DNA from: an uncultured Chloroflexia bacterium
GTDB taxonomy: Bacteria; Chloroflexota; Anaerolineae; JAAYZQ01
Assembly: GCA_963700285.1 (NCBI GenBank)
Contig: CAVOXA010000010.1
Location: 1,280,001 to 1,344,000 of the forward strand
Direction: 5' to 3'
Length of the DNA: 64,000 bases
Shown here: piece by piece, positions 54,698 through 63,005 of the stretch
Layout of the letters: every line of letters begins with the position of its first letter
How positions within the stretch are numbered: position 1 is the first letter of the stretch
Translations under genes and position numbers: made by a program
Notes under the pieces: model-generated
What the model saw: the letters and a program-made list of their open reading frames with translations, nothing else
What the model was told of the DNA's origin: nothing
Database searches by the model: none

Positions 54698-57600
54698 ATG
54701 GACTTTACCTTTGACACCTGGAAAGAAGCAGCCGCAAACAGGCTGCAAAGCCTTGGCGACCGGCTGGAGCGTTTGAAAACACGGGAAGGGCCCTATCTCC
54801 TCTACGGCACCCTCTGCGGGCTGAGCCTCTGGCCGCTGGTGGAAGCGGCACAGTCCGGGCAGTTGCTGCCCGTGATCATGGCCCTGGGCGGCGTTGCCGG
54901 CGGTGTGGGGGGCAACCTCATCGCCGAGCAAATACAGCGCTGGCAGGACCAGGGCGCCGGGGTCAACGAGGAGACGGTCGCCGCCTGGGTGGTGGAAGGG
55001 GCTGCTGGCAACACCGACCTGCGCCAGGCGTTGGATTCGATCCTGGAGCGGCTCGAAGCGGTTCAGAACGCCGAAGCTGCCCTTGCAGTGGACGACCGGC
55101 AGTGGTTCGCGGGCACGCTTCGCGCGGAGATGGCGCAATTGGGCAACCTCCCCCGCTTTGAGGCGACGCTGATCGGCTCAGGGACCATCGCCCAGGACCA
55201 CAGCGTCGCAGCGGGTGCTGGCGGTGTGGCAGTGGGCCGGGATGTGGGCGGGGATGTCGTGATGCCCGGCGCGCACCAGGAAAAGCACTATCACCCTGCG
55301 CCCACGAGCGAGCAGCAGAGACAGCAAGAAAAAGAGGACCTGGACCGCTACCTGCGCAACCTGCAACGCCTTTGCAATGCCCTGCCCCTCGCCGCGATGG
55401 CTGAAGATGAAACAGTTCATCGCCGGGCCGAGGTCACGCTGAACCGGGTCTATATCTCCCTCAACACGACCGCCCGGGTGCCCTTGACGCAGGATGGCCA
55501 GGACCGCCACAGCCGCGAGCGTCCAGGATTTGGCGATAAAGAACGTCCGCTCACCGCGCTGGAGGCAACTGCCCGGGAAGCCCGCCTGGTCATCCTGGGC
55601 GACCCGGGATCCGGCAAATCGACCTTCGTCAACCACCTGGCCTACCTGCTCGCCGGGGCACGGCTGGGCCAGGGCGAGACCCCCGATGGCTGGCCCCACG
55701 GGCCATTGCTGCCCATCCGCATCCTGCTGCGCGAGTTGGCGGCCGTGCTGCCTGGGGATCAAGATCTCCAGGGCCTGCCTGCCGAAAAGCGGGCCGTCAG
55801 ACTCGTGGACGAGATCTGGAGCCACCTGCGACAGGAAACGGCGAGCACCTACCGGGCCGCGGGCGTGCACAGGATCCTGGAGCGAGAGGTAGACCGCTGC
55901 CAGGCCCTGGTCATTTTCGACGGATTGGATGAGGTGGCTCCGGAACGCCGCGGGATGGTCAGGGATGCGGTGGATGCATTTGGCCAGTTGTGTGGCGAGA
56001 ACCGGGTGTTGGTCACCTGCCGCGTGCGCTCGTACAGCAAGGGCGTTTCTCTCGGCTCCTTTGCCAGTGTCACCCTGGCCCCTTTCGAAGGCGACCAGAT
56101 CGAGGAATTTGTGACACGTTGGTATCAGGCTTTGGCAGATCTGGGCACCATCAAAAGCCAGGAGGCTGAAAAGCGGGCCAAGAACCTCCATGAGGCTGTC
56201 CAGCCCATGCAGGAGCTGGCACGCAATCCGCTGCTCCTGACGACGATGGCCGTGGTGCACACCGCCCAGGTGGAGCTGCCGCGCGAACGGGCCCGGCTGT
56301 ACCAGCGCTGCGTGGATGTGTTGCTCCGGCGCTGGCACAAACACAAGGTTGGAGAAGCACCGCTACTGGATCGACTGGGTGTGAGCGAAGCCGAGCTGCT
56401 GGCTGCTCTACGAGAGGTAGCCTACGAGGCTCATCATAGAGGTGGTACAGAAGAGGAAGGAGACCTGCCCCGCAGCTTGGTGCTCAAGATCATGGCCGGG
56501 CACCTGTCTGGGCACTATGGCCGTGCCGAACAGTTTCTGGAGTACGTTGACGCCCGGGCCGGCCTGCTCATCGGCCGGGGCGGGGCGGAGGAGCCGGTCT
56601 ACAGCTTCCCACACCGGACATTCCAGGAATACCTGGCCGGCTGCCACCTGGCGCTGGGCGGCCGGGATTTTGGCCGCCGCCTGCGGCGCCTGTTGGCTGA
56701 AGGCGATCGCTGGGCGCTGGCCTCTCAACTTGGCGCGGAACACCTTCTGTACAACGTCGGCGACGTCACACGCGTCCTGGATGCGAGCTACACCCTCTGT
56801 CCTGTTGCGGAGCCAGACCTGGAGGAAGCCTGGCGAGGGGTAGCTTGGGCCGGGCAGTTTGCCACGGAGGTGGGCCAGCGAAGGGTCGAGCAGGACGAGG
56901 ATGCGCCAGACGGCGGCGCGGCCTTTCTGCGCCGTCTGGTACCCCGGCTCGTCACGATTCTGGCCCAGGAGAAGCTTGGGCCAGTAGAGCGTGCCGCCGC
57001 CGGGCGCGCGCTGGGGGTCTTGGGTGACCCGCGGCCAGGCTTCGGTGTGGATCCCGAGTCTGGGCTTCCCGATCTTGCCTGGTGTGCGGTGCCTGCCGGT
57101 CCTTTCCCCATGGGCAGCGACGACGAGGATGAACTCGCTTTCGACAACGAGAAACCACAGCATGAGGCGGTGATAGCTTACGACTACCGCATTGCCCAGT
57201 ACCCGCTGACCAACCTCCAGTACGCCGCTTTTGTCAGCGCTCAGGGCTATCAAGAACGCGGCTACTGGACCGGGGCCGGCTGGAAATGGAAAGGCGACAA
57301 GACGGATCCACGCACCTTTGGCGGCTCTTTCGACCTGCCCAACCATCCTGTTGTGGGGCTGAGCTGGTATGAGGCTGTGGCCTTCTGCCGCTGGCTCACA
57401 GAAAAGCTGCGTGAGACGGGTGGCATTACTCAGAATGATGAGATCCGGCTGCCCACGGAGGCCGAATGGGAGAAAGCGGCGCGGGGAACCGGCGGGCAGA
57501 CCTACCCCTGGGGTGACGAGTTTGACCCGGCTCGCTGCAACATGTACGACACAGGGATTGGCAACACCAGCGCGGTAGGCGCCTTTCCTGGTAGTGCGTC

Positions 57601-57847
57601 CCCCTATGGCCTTCTGGACACGAGCGGGAACGTGTGGGAGTGGTGCGGCACCAAATGGTGCGAAAGTTATGAGGAGGAGCCTGACGAGTCTCTGGAAGGG
57701 GATGCCCTCCGGGTGGTGCGTGGCGGGTCGTTCGGCCTTAGTCAGAGGCTCGTCCGCTGCGCCTGCCGCTACTGGTACGGCCCGGACGGCTGGGACTACT
57801 ATGTCGGGTTTCGGGTGGTGGTGGCCCCCGTTACCTCTGGTCTCTGA
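54698..57847 (+). CDS. NACHT NTPase - FGE-sulfatase/C-type-lectin-fold protein 2 (intact, 1049 aa)
   Basis: [99 protein letters not shown]. Confidence 0.93.
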   Translation: MDFTFDTWKEAAANRLQSLGDRLERLKTREGPYLLYGTLCGLSLWPLVEAAQSGQLLPVIMALGGVAGGVGGNLIAEQIQRWQDQGAGVNEETVAAWVVEGAAGNTDLRQALDSILERLEAVQNAEAALAVDDRQWFAGTLRAEMAQLGNLPRFEATLIGSGTIAQDHSVAAGAGGVAVGRDVGGDVVMPGAHQEKHYHPAPTSEQQRQQEKEDLDRYLRNLQRLCNALPLAAMAEDETVHRRAEVTLNRVYISLNTTARVPLTQDGQDRHSRERPGFGDKERPLTALEATAREARLVILGDPGSGKSTFVNHLAYLLAGARLGQGETPDGWPHGPLLPIRILLRELAAVLPGDQDLQGLPAEKRAVRLVDEIWSHLRQETASTYRAAGVHRILEREVDRCQALVIFDGLDEVAPERRGMVRDAVDAFGQLCGENRVLVTCRVRSYSKGVSLGSFASVTLAPFEGDQIEEFVTRWYQALADLGTIKSQEAEKRAKNLHEAVQPMQELARNPLLLTTMAVVHTAQVELPRERARLYQRCVDVLLRRWHKHKVGEAPLLDRLGVSEAELLAALREVAYEAHHRGGTEEEGDLPRSLVLKIMAGHLSGHYGRAEQFLEYVDARAGLLIGRGGAEEPVYSFPHRTFQEYLAGCHLALGGRDFGRRLRRLLAEGDRWALASQLGAEHLLYNVGDVTRVLDASYTLCPVAEPDLEEAWRGVAWAGQFATEVGQRRVEQDEDAPDGGAAFLRRLVPRLVTILAQEKLGPVERAAAGRALGVLGDPRPGFGVDPESGLPDLAWCAVPAGPFPMGSDDEDELAFDNEKPQHEAVIAYDYRIAQYPLTNLQYAAFVSAQGYQERGYWTGAGWKWKGDKTDPRTFGGSFDLPNHPVVGLSWYEAVAFCRWLTEKLRETGGITQNDEIRLPTEAEWEKAARGTGGQTYPWGDEFDPARCNMYDTGIGNTSAVGAFPGSASPYGLLDTSGNVWEWCGTKWCESYEEEPDESLEGDALRVVRGGSFGLSQRLVRCACRYWYGPDGWDYYVGFRVVVAPVTSGL
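57707..57847 (+). other. DGR-like variable region VR2
   Basis: Partner of VR1 (offset 4298 bp, no indels). Confidence 0.85.
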
Positions 57848-57886
57848 CCCTCCGATCTCTGGATCTCTGATCCGCTGTCCTCTGAA

Positions 57887-57905
57887 ATCGCGCCGAAGGC
57901 GCGAT
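57887..57905 (+). promoter_or_regulatory. DGR-type target hairpin downstream of VR2
   Basis: ATCGCGCC-GAA-GGCGCGAT. Confidence 0.75.
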
Positions 57906-57922
57906 CGCCGCGGGCGCAATTC

Positions 57923-57959
57923 GACCAGACAGGTCTTGTTCTGTAAGACCTGTCTGGTC
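57923..57959. repeat. Hairpin built from a variant of the RAYT-associated palindrome; possible terminator
   Basis: gaccagacaggtctt-gttctgt-aagacctgtctggtc followed by a T-rich tract. Confidence 0.65.
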
Positions 57960-58075
57960 TTATTTCTACTGCGCGCCTCTGAATCCAGCCGGCTTCAGCC
58001 TGCGCTGTCCCGTAGCCTGGGGCTGAAGCCTTACCATGAACAGCCCGCGCTTCAGGTCACCCTGACCCCATCACC

Positions 58076-60061
58076 ACGGCGCTGAAGCGCCGACTACGAA
58101 CGGGCTTGAGCCAGACCAGGTCCCGTTCGTAGTGCGCGTTTCAACGCGCTATCTGAGCCGCGGGTCCAGTTTTCAACCAGAACGGCGCTGAAGCGCCGAC
58201 TACGAACGGGCTTGAGCCAGACCAGGTCCCGTTCGTAGTGCGCGTTTCAACGCGCTATCTGAGCCGCGAGTCCAGTTTTCAACCAGAACGGCGCTGAAGC
58301 GCCGACTACGAACGGGCATGAGCCAGACCAGGTCCCGTTCGTAGTGCGCGTTTCAACGCGCTATCTGAGCCGCGGGTCCAGTTTTCAACCAGAACGGCGC
58401 TGAAGCGCCGACTACGAACGGGCATGAGCCAGACCAGGTCCCGTTCGTAGTGCGCGTTTCAACGCGCTATCTGAGCCGCGGGTCCAGTTTTCAACCAGAA
58501 CGGCGCTGAAGCGCCGACTACGAACGGGCTTGAGCCAGACCAGGTCCCGTTCGTAGTGCGCGTTTCAACGCGCTATCTGAGCCGCGGGTCCAGTTTTCAA
58601 CCAGAACGGCGCTGAAGCGCCGACTACGAACGGGCTTGAGCCAGACCAGGTCCCGTTCGTAGTGCGCGTTTCAACGCGCTATCTGAGCCGCGGGTCCAGT
58701 TTTCAACCAGAACGGCGCTGAAGCGCCGACTACGAACGGGCTTGAGCCAGACCAGGTCCCGTTCGTAGTGCGCGTTTCAACGCGCTATCTGAGCCGCGGG
58801 TCCAGTCTTCAACCAGAACGGCGCTGAAGCGCCGACTACGAACGGGCTTGAGCCAGACCAGGTCCCGTTCGTAGTGCGCGTTTCAACGCGCTATCTGAGC
58901 CGCGGGTCCGGTTTTCAACCAGAACGGCGCTGAAGCGCCGACTATGAACGGGCATGAGCCAGACCAGGTCCCGTTCGTAGTGCGCGTTTCAACGCGCTAT
59001 CTGAGCCGCGGGTCCAGTTTTCAACCAGAACGGCGCTGAAGCGCCGACTACGAACGGGTTTGAGCCAGACCAGGTCCCGTTCGTAGTGCGCGTTTCAACG
59101 CGCTATCTGAGCCGCGGGTCCAGTTTTCAACCAGAACGGCGCTGAAGCGCCGACTACGAACGGGCATGAGCCAGACCAGGTCCCGTTCGTAGTGCGCGTT
59201 TCAACGCGCTATCTGAGCCGCGGGTCCAGTTTTCAACCAGAACGGCGCTGAAGCGCCGACTACGAACGGGCATGAGCCAGACCAGGTCCCGTTCGTAGTG
59301 CGCGTTTCAACGCGCTATCTGAGCCGCGAGTCCAGTTTTCAACCAGAACGGCGCTGAAGCGCCGACTACGAACGGGCATGAGCCAGACCAGGTCCCGTTC
59401 GTAGTGCGCGTTTCAACGCGCTATCTGAGCCGCGAGTCCAGTTTTCAACCAGAACGGCGCTGAAGCGCCGACTACGAACGGGCATGAGCCAGACCAGGTC
59501 CCGTTCGTAGTGCGCGTTTCAACGCGCTATCTGAGCCGCGGGTCCAGTTTTCAACCAGAACGGCGCTGAAGCGCCGACTACGAACGGGCTTGAGCCAGAC
59601 CAGGTCCCGTTCGTAGTGCGCGTTTCAACGCGCTATCTGAGCCGCGGGTCCAGTTTTCAACCAGAACGGCGCTGAAGCGCCGACTACGAACGGGTTTGAG
59701 CCAGACCAGGTCCCGTTCGTAGTGCGCGTTTCAACGCGCTATCTGAGCCGCGAGTCCAGTTTTCAACCAGAACGGCGCTGAAGCGCCGACTACGAACGGG
59801 CATGAGCCAGACCAGGTCCCGTTCGTAGTGCGCGTTTCAACGCGCTATCTGAGCCGCGGGTCCAGTTTTCAACCAGAACGGCGCTGAAGCGCCGACTACG
59901 AACGGGCATGAGCCAGACCAGGTCCCGTTCGTAGTGCGCGTTTCAACGCGCTATCTGAGCCGCGGGTCCAGTTTTCAACCAGAACGGCGCTGAAGCGCCG
60001 ACTACGAACGGGCATGAGCCAGACCAGGTCCCGTTCGTAGTGCGCGTTTCAACGCGCTATC
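58076..60061. repeat. 106-bp tandem array (18 full units + 78-bp partial); each unit is an inverted pair of GTAG-type REP-like hairpins
   Basis: Unit starts at 58076, 58182 ... 59984; stems cggcgct/agcgccg, actacgaacggg/cccgttcgtagt and gcgcgtt/aacgcgc. Confidence 0.95.
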
Positions 60062-60165
60062 GCAGCCCAGGGTCACGTTCACCCCGGCCTGGAGCATGTC
60101 CCAGGCCGGCGCCAAAGGCTGTGGGGGAGCGGAAGCCCTGCGCCTGGGCATACTCCACGTCCACC
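60060..60165 (-). pseudogene. Amidohydrolase-superfamily remnant
   Basis: PLAPAWDMLQAGVNVTLGCD resembles the C-terminal GxD metal-ligand motif; cut at the array boundary. Confidence 0.45.
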
Positions 60166-60204
60166 TATACACAGAACCGGGCGGCTGTCCAGTTGCAGTC
60201 TGCC

Positions 60205-60219
60205 AGACCTGACAGGTCT
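60205..60219. repeat. AGACCTGACAGGTCT palindrome
   Basis: Exact copy at the right edge of the accessory island. Confidence 0.8.
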
Positions 60220-60270
60220 CCATAGGACTGTAGATGTGAATTAACAGAGAGCAGCTTCGTTAAGTAATAC

Positions 60271-60299
60271 TTGACGCCAGGGGGTTCGCATGCTATAAT
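60271..60299 (+). promoter_or_regulatory. Sigma70 promoter with extended -10
   Basis: TTGACG-17 bp-TATAAT, with TG at the extended -10 position. Confidence 0.7.
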
Positions 60300-60379
60300 T
60301 GTCCACGCAGGTCGACCCATCCACCACCGCGCAAAAGCGACCCGCTACCCAATCCAGGCTCAGTCAAGGAGGATGCCAG

Positions 60380-61513
60380 ATGCGCATCACGCGATTCACA
60401 GCCTACCGGTTGGACGCACCCGTCGTCGAGGCGGAGGGCGCCCGGATCTCGGGAGGGCGCAGTTTCAGTGACTATACCACGACCATCGTCAAGGTCGATA
60501 CGGATGCGGGAACAGTCGGCTGGGGCGAGAGCGCGCCCTACGGTCCCCAGTACCTGCCCTACATCGCCGGCGCCATCCTGCCGGGACTGGACATCGTGGT
60601 GCCCAAGCTGCTGGGACAGAATCCCCTGGCCATCCAGGCCATCAACGAGACGATGGACCTGACGCTGTACGGCCATCCCCACGTCAAGACAGCCGTTGAC
60701 ATGGCTTGTTGGGACATCCTGGGCAAACAGGCCGGTCTGCCGCTCTACGAATTGCTGGGCGGCAAGCTGGTCCCGGCCCCCGAGGTCCAGGCTTTCATCC
60801 TGCGTACCCCCGGCGACGCACTCCTGGAAATGATCGACGGCCACCGGGCCAACGGCGTCCACCACTTTTCCAGCAAGTTCTCAGGCGACCTGGAGGTCGA
60901 CATCGAGTACCTGCGCTTCGTGGGCGCCTACATGCGCACGGGAGAATCGATCAGCCTGGACGCGAACCGGGGTTACCGCCTGGACGAGGCGCTGCGCCTG
61001 GTGCGCATGGCCGGCGAGGTGGATCTCATGCTGGAACAGCCCTGCGCCACCATTGAAGAATGCCGCGACCTGAGGCTGCGTGCTGGCGTGCCGGTCATGC
61101 TCGACGAGGAGATCAAGACGGTCCACGACCTGACCCGCGCCTACCACATGGGCGCCATGGATGCCCTGAACCTCAAGATCGGCCGCGTCGGCGGCATTAC
61201 CAAGGCCCGCCTGATCCGCGATGTCTGCGCCAGCCTGCGCATCCCCATCTACATGCAGGACACTGCCGGGACCAGCATTGTTGAAGCGGCTATCGCCCAC
61301 CTTGCCCACTCCACGCCGCCCCGGGCGCTGCTGGCCACCTGGGACGTCCAGGGCATGATGCCGCTCAAGACCGCCGAGGGACGACCCACTTATAAGGACG
61401 GCCGGATCTACGCCTCTGACGGGCCGGGTCTGGGTGTTGAGCCCTTGCTGGACGTGATTGGTGAGCCTGTCGCTGCCTGGGAATTGTCAGGATCACCTGG
61501 AGGACAGATATGA
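60380..61513 (+). CDS. Enolase-superfamily racemase/epimerase (proline-betaine / hydroxyproline-type subgroup likely)
   Basis: GWGESAPYGPQYLP, GHPHVKTAVDMACWDILGK, DAN, EQPC, DE, NLKIGRVGGITKAR, AHLAHSTP. Confidence 0.85.
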   Translation: MRITRFTAYRLDAPVVEAEGARISGGRSFSDYTTTIVKVDTDAGTVGWGESAPYGPQYLPYIAGAILPGLDIVVPKLLGQNPLAIQAINETMDLTLYGHPHVKTAVDMACWDILGKQAGLPLYELLGGKLVPAPEVQAFILRTPGDALLEMIDGHRANGVHHFSSKFSGDLEVDIEYLRFVGAYMRTGESISLDANRGYRLDEALRLVRMAGEVDLMLEQPCATIEECRDLRLRAGVPVMLDEEIKTVHDLTRAYHMGAMDALNLKIGRVGGITKARLIRDVCASLRIPIYMQDTAGTSIVEAAIAHLAHSTPPRALLATWDVQGMMPLKTAEGRPTYKDGRIYASDGPGLGVEPLLDVIGEPVAAWELSGSPGGQI

Positions 61514-62937
61514 ACACCTTGGCAACGATGCTGAGCCAGGAAGAGGTCGAGGCCGTACACGAAGCCACCCTAGAGATCCTGGAGACCACCGGCCTGCTGG
61601 TCCAGAACCGCGAGGCGCGGGATCGTTTTGCCGCGCATGGCTGCCGCGTCGACGGGAGCACGGGGATCGTCCGTTTCCCCCGGACCGTCGTCGAGGAGCA
61701 CCGCCAGGCGTTTCCCCCCACCTTTACCTTCCACGGCCGCGACCCGGACCTGGACCGTACGCTTCCGGATGACGGCCCGTTGATGATGACCGGCAGCGCC
61801 GCGCCCGACATCATCGATCCCGCCACAGGCGAGGTACGGCGCGCGACTTCGGCCGACATCGCGCGTATGGCCCACCTGGTCAACGAGCTGCCTGGCTACG
61901 ACGTCTTTTCTATTGCCACGACGGCCGACGATGCCCCGCCGGGCCGCCAGGGCTTCACGCGTTTCTATCCATCGCTCAAGCACTGCCTGAAGCCGATCCG
62001 GGCCAGCGCGCCGGCCCTGGCGGACGCGGACGATGTCCTGGAGATGTGCACCCTCATCGCCGGCAGCGAAGACACCTTCTGGGAGCGGCCCTTTGTGGTC
62101 TTTGTCTACTGCGCCACCATCTCGCCGTTGACCATGGACGTCGAATCCACGGAGCGGCTGATGCGCTTCGCCGAACGAGGCATCCCCAGCCAGAGCGTGG
62201 TCACGCCCAACGCCGGCGTGTCGGCCCCGCTGACCCTGTTGGGCACCCTGGCCGTGGCCAACGCCGAGTTTCTGGCCCAATCGGTGCTGGTGCAGATGTC
62301 TCGTCCCGGCACGCCCCTCCTCTACGATACGCTGCCGACCGTCAGTGACATGCGTACCGGGGCCTACGCGCCGGGCGCGATAGAGACGGGCATCCTCACC
62401 ATGGGCTGCGCCCAGATGGCGCGCTTTTACGGTGTGCCCTCGGCCGGCTTTGCGGGCCTGACCAACGCCAAGGTGAACGATGCCCAGGCCGGCTACGAGA
62501 CCGGGCTGTCGGCCATGGCCGCCATGCTGGGCGGCGTGGACCTGCTGGCCATGGGCGGCTTGCTCGATGCCCTGATGGCCTTTGACTTTGGCAAGGCCGT
62601 TGTGGACCACGAAGTCGCCCTGATGCTCAAGCGGGTGGCGCGGGGCCTGGAATTCAGCCCGGACAACCTGGCCCTGGACCTCATCGCCGAGGTGGGCCCC
62701 GGCGGCATCTTTGCCGACCAGCGCCACACGCTGAAACGCATGCGCACGGAGGCGGTGCTGCCCGAGATCGCCGACCGCCGTCCCCGGGACCAGTGGGCCG
62801 CCGCTGGGGGCCGGGATGCCCACAGCCGGGCCCTGGCCAGGGCCAACGAGATCCTGCGCCACGACAACCCCGCGGTGTTTTCACCCGAGGTTGATGCCGC
62901 CATCCGCAGCCGCTTCCAGCTTGACCAGGGAGCGTAG
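61510..62937 (+). CDS. MttB-superfamily methyltransferase without in-frame amber codon (non-pyrrolysine, MtgB-like)
   Basis: VHEATLEILETTG, ISPL, APLTLLG, DMRTG, QMARFYGVP, DAQAGYE, VGPGG.F...HT. Confidence 0.9.
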   Translation: MNTLATMLSQEEVEAVHEATLEILETTGLLVQNREARDRFAAHGCRVDGSTGIVRFPRTVVEEHRQAFPPTFTFHGRDPDLDRTLPDDGPLMMTGSAAPDIIDPATGEVRRATSADIARMAHLVNELPGYDVFSIATTADDAPPGRQGFTRFYPSLKHCLKPIRASAPALADADDVLEMCTLIAGSEDTFWERPFVVFVYCATISPLTMDVESTERLMRFAERGIPSQSVVTPNAGVSAPLTLLGTLAVANAEFLAQSVLVQMSRPGTPLLYDTLPTVSDMRTGAYAPGAIETGILTMGCAQMARFYGVPSAGFAGLTNAKVNDAQAGYETGLSAMAAMLGGVDLLAMGGLLDALMAFDFGKAVVDHEVALMLKRVARGLEFSPDNLALDLIAEVGPGGIFADQRHTLKRMRTEAVLPEIADRRPRDQWAAAGGRDAHSRALARANEILRHDNPAVFSPEVDAAIRSRFQLDQGA

Positions 62938-62976
62938 GAGTAGGCTGACCATGAGCACCTCAGCATTAAGCTGTGC

Positions 62977-63005
62977 TTGACACTACGCTGGTTTTGTGGT
63001 ATCTT
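62977..63005 (+). promoter_or_regulatory. Sigma70-type promoter
   Basis: TTGACA-17 bp-TATCTT. Confidence 0.5.

Noticed and set aside
53409-57847. One of the two repeats being the DGR template repeat
   Set aside because: Neither copy has A at all variable positions (e.g. ggc/ctc, gtc/ggc), and both are in-frame gene ends with the downstream hairpin; both look like VRs.
52800-57847. True formylglycine-generating enzymes
   Set aside because: The domains are fused to NACHT, the putative active-site region is the variable segment, and there is no sulfatase nearby.
53408-57922. Simple recent gene duplication or conversion explaining the shared 3' ends
   Set aside because: Neutral divergence would favour third positions; here 0 of 18 mismatches are at third positions and the non-coding tail is invariant.
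58076-60061. CRISPR array
   Set aside because: Whole 106-bp units are near-identical with no unique spacers; no cas genes in the window.
1161-62862. Long antisense/alternate-frame ORFs (e.g. 1161..3029, 19174..20682, 29934..31505, 56408..57919, 61570..62862)
   Set aside because: Shadows of real GC-rich genes on the opposite strand, with no recognisable motifs.
47060-62937. Pyrrolysine-containing MttB
   Set aside because: The second copy is an uninterrupted ORF; breaks in the first are frame changes, not in-frame TAG.
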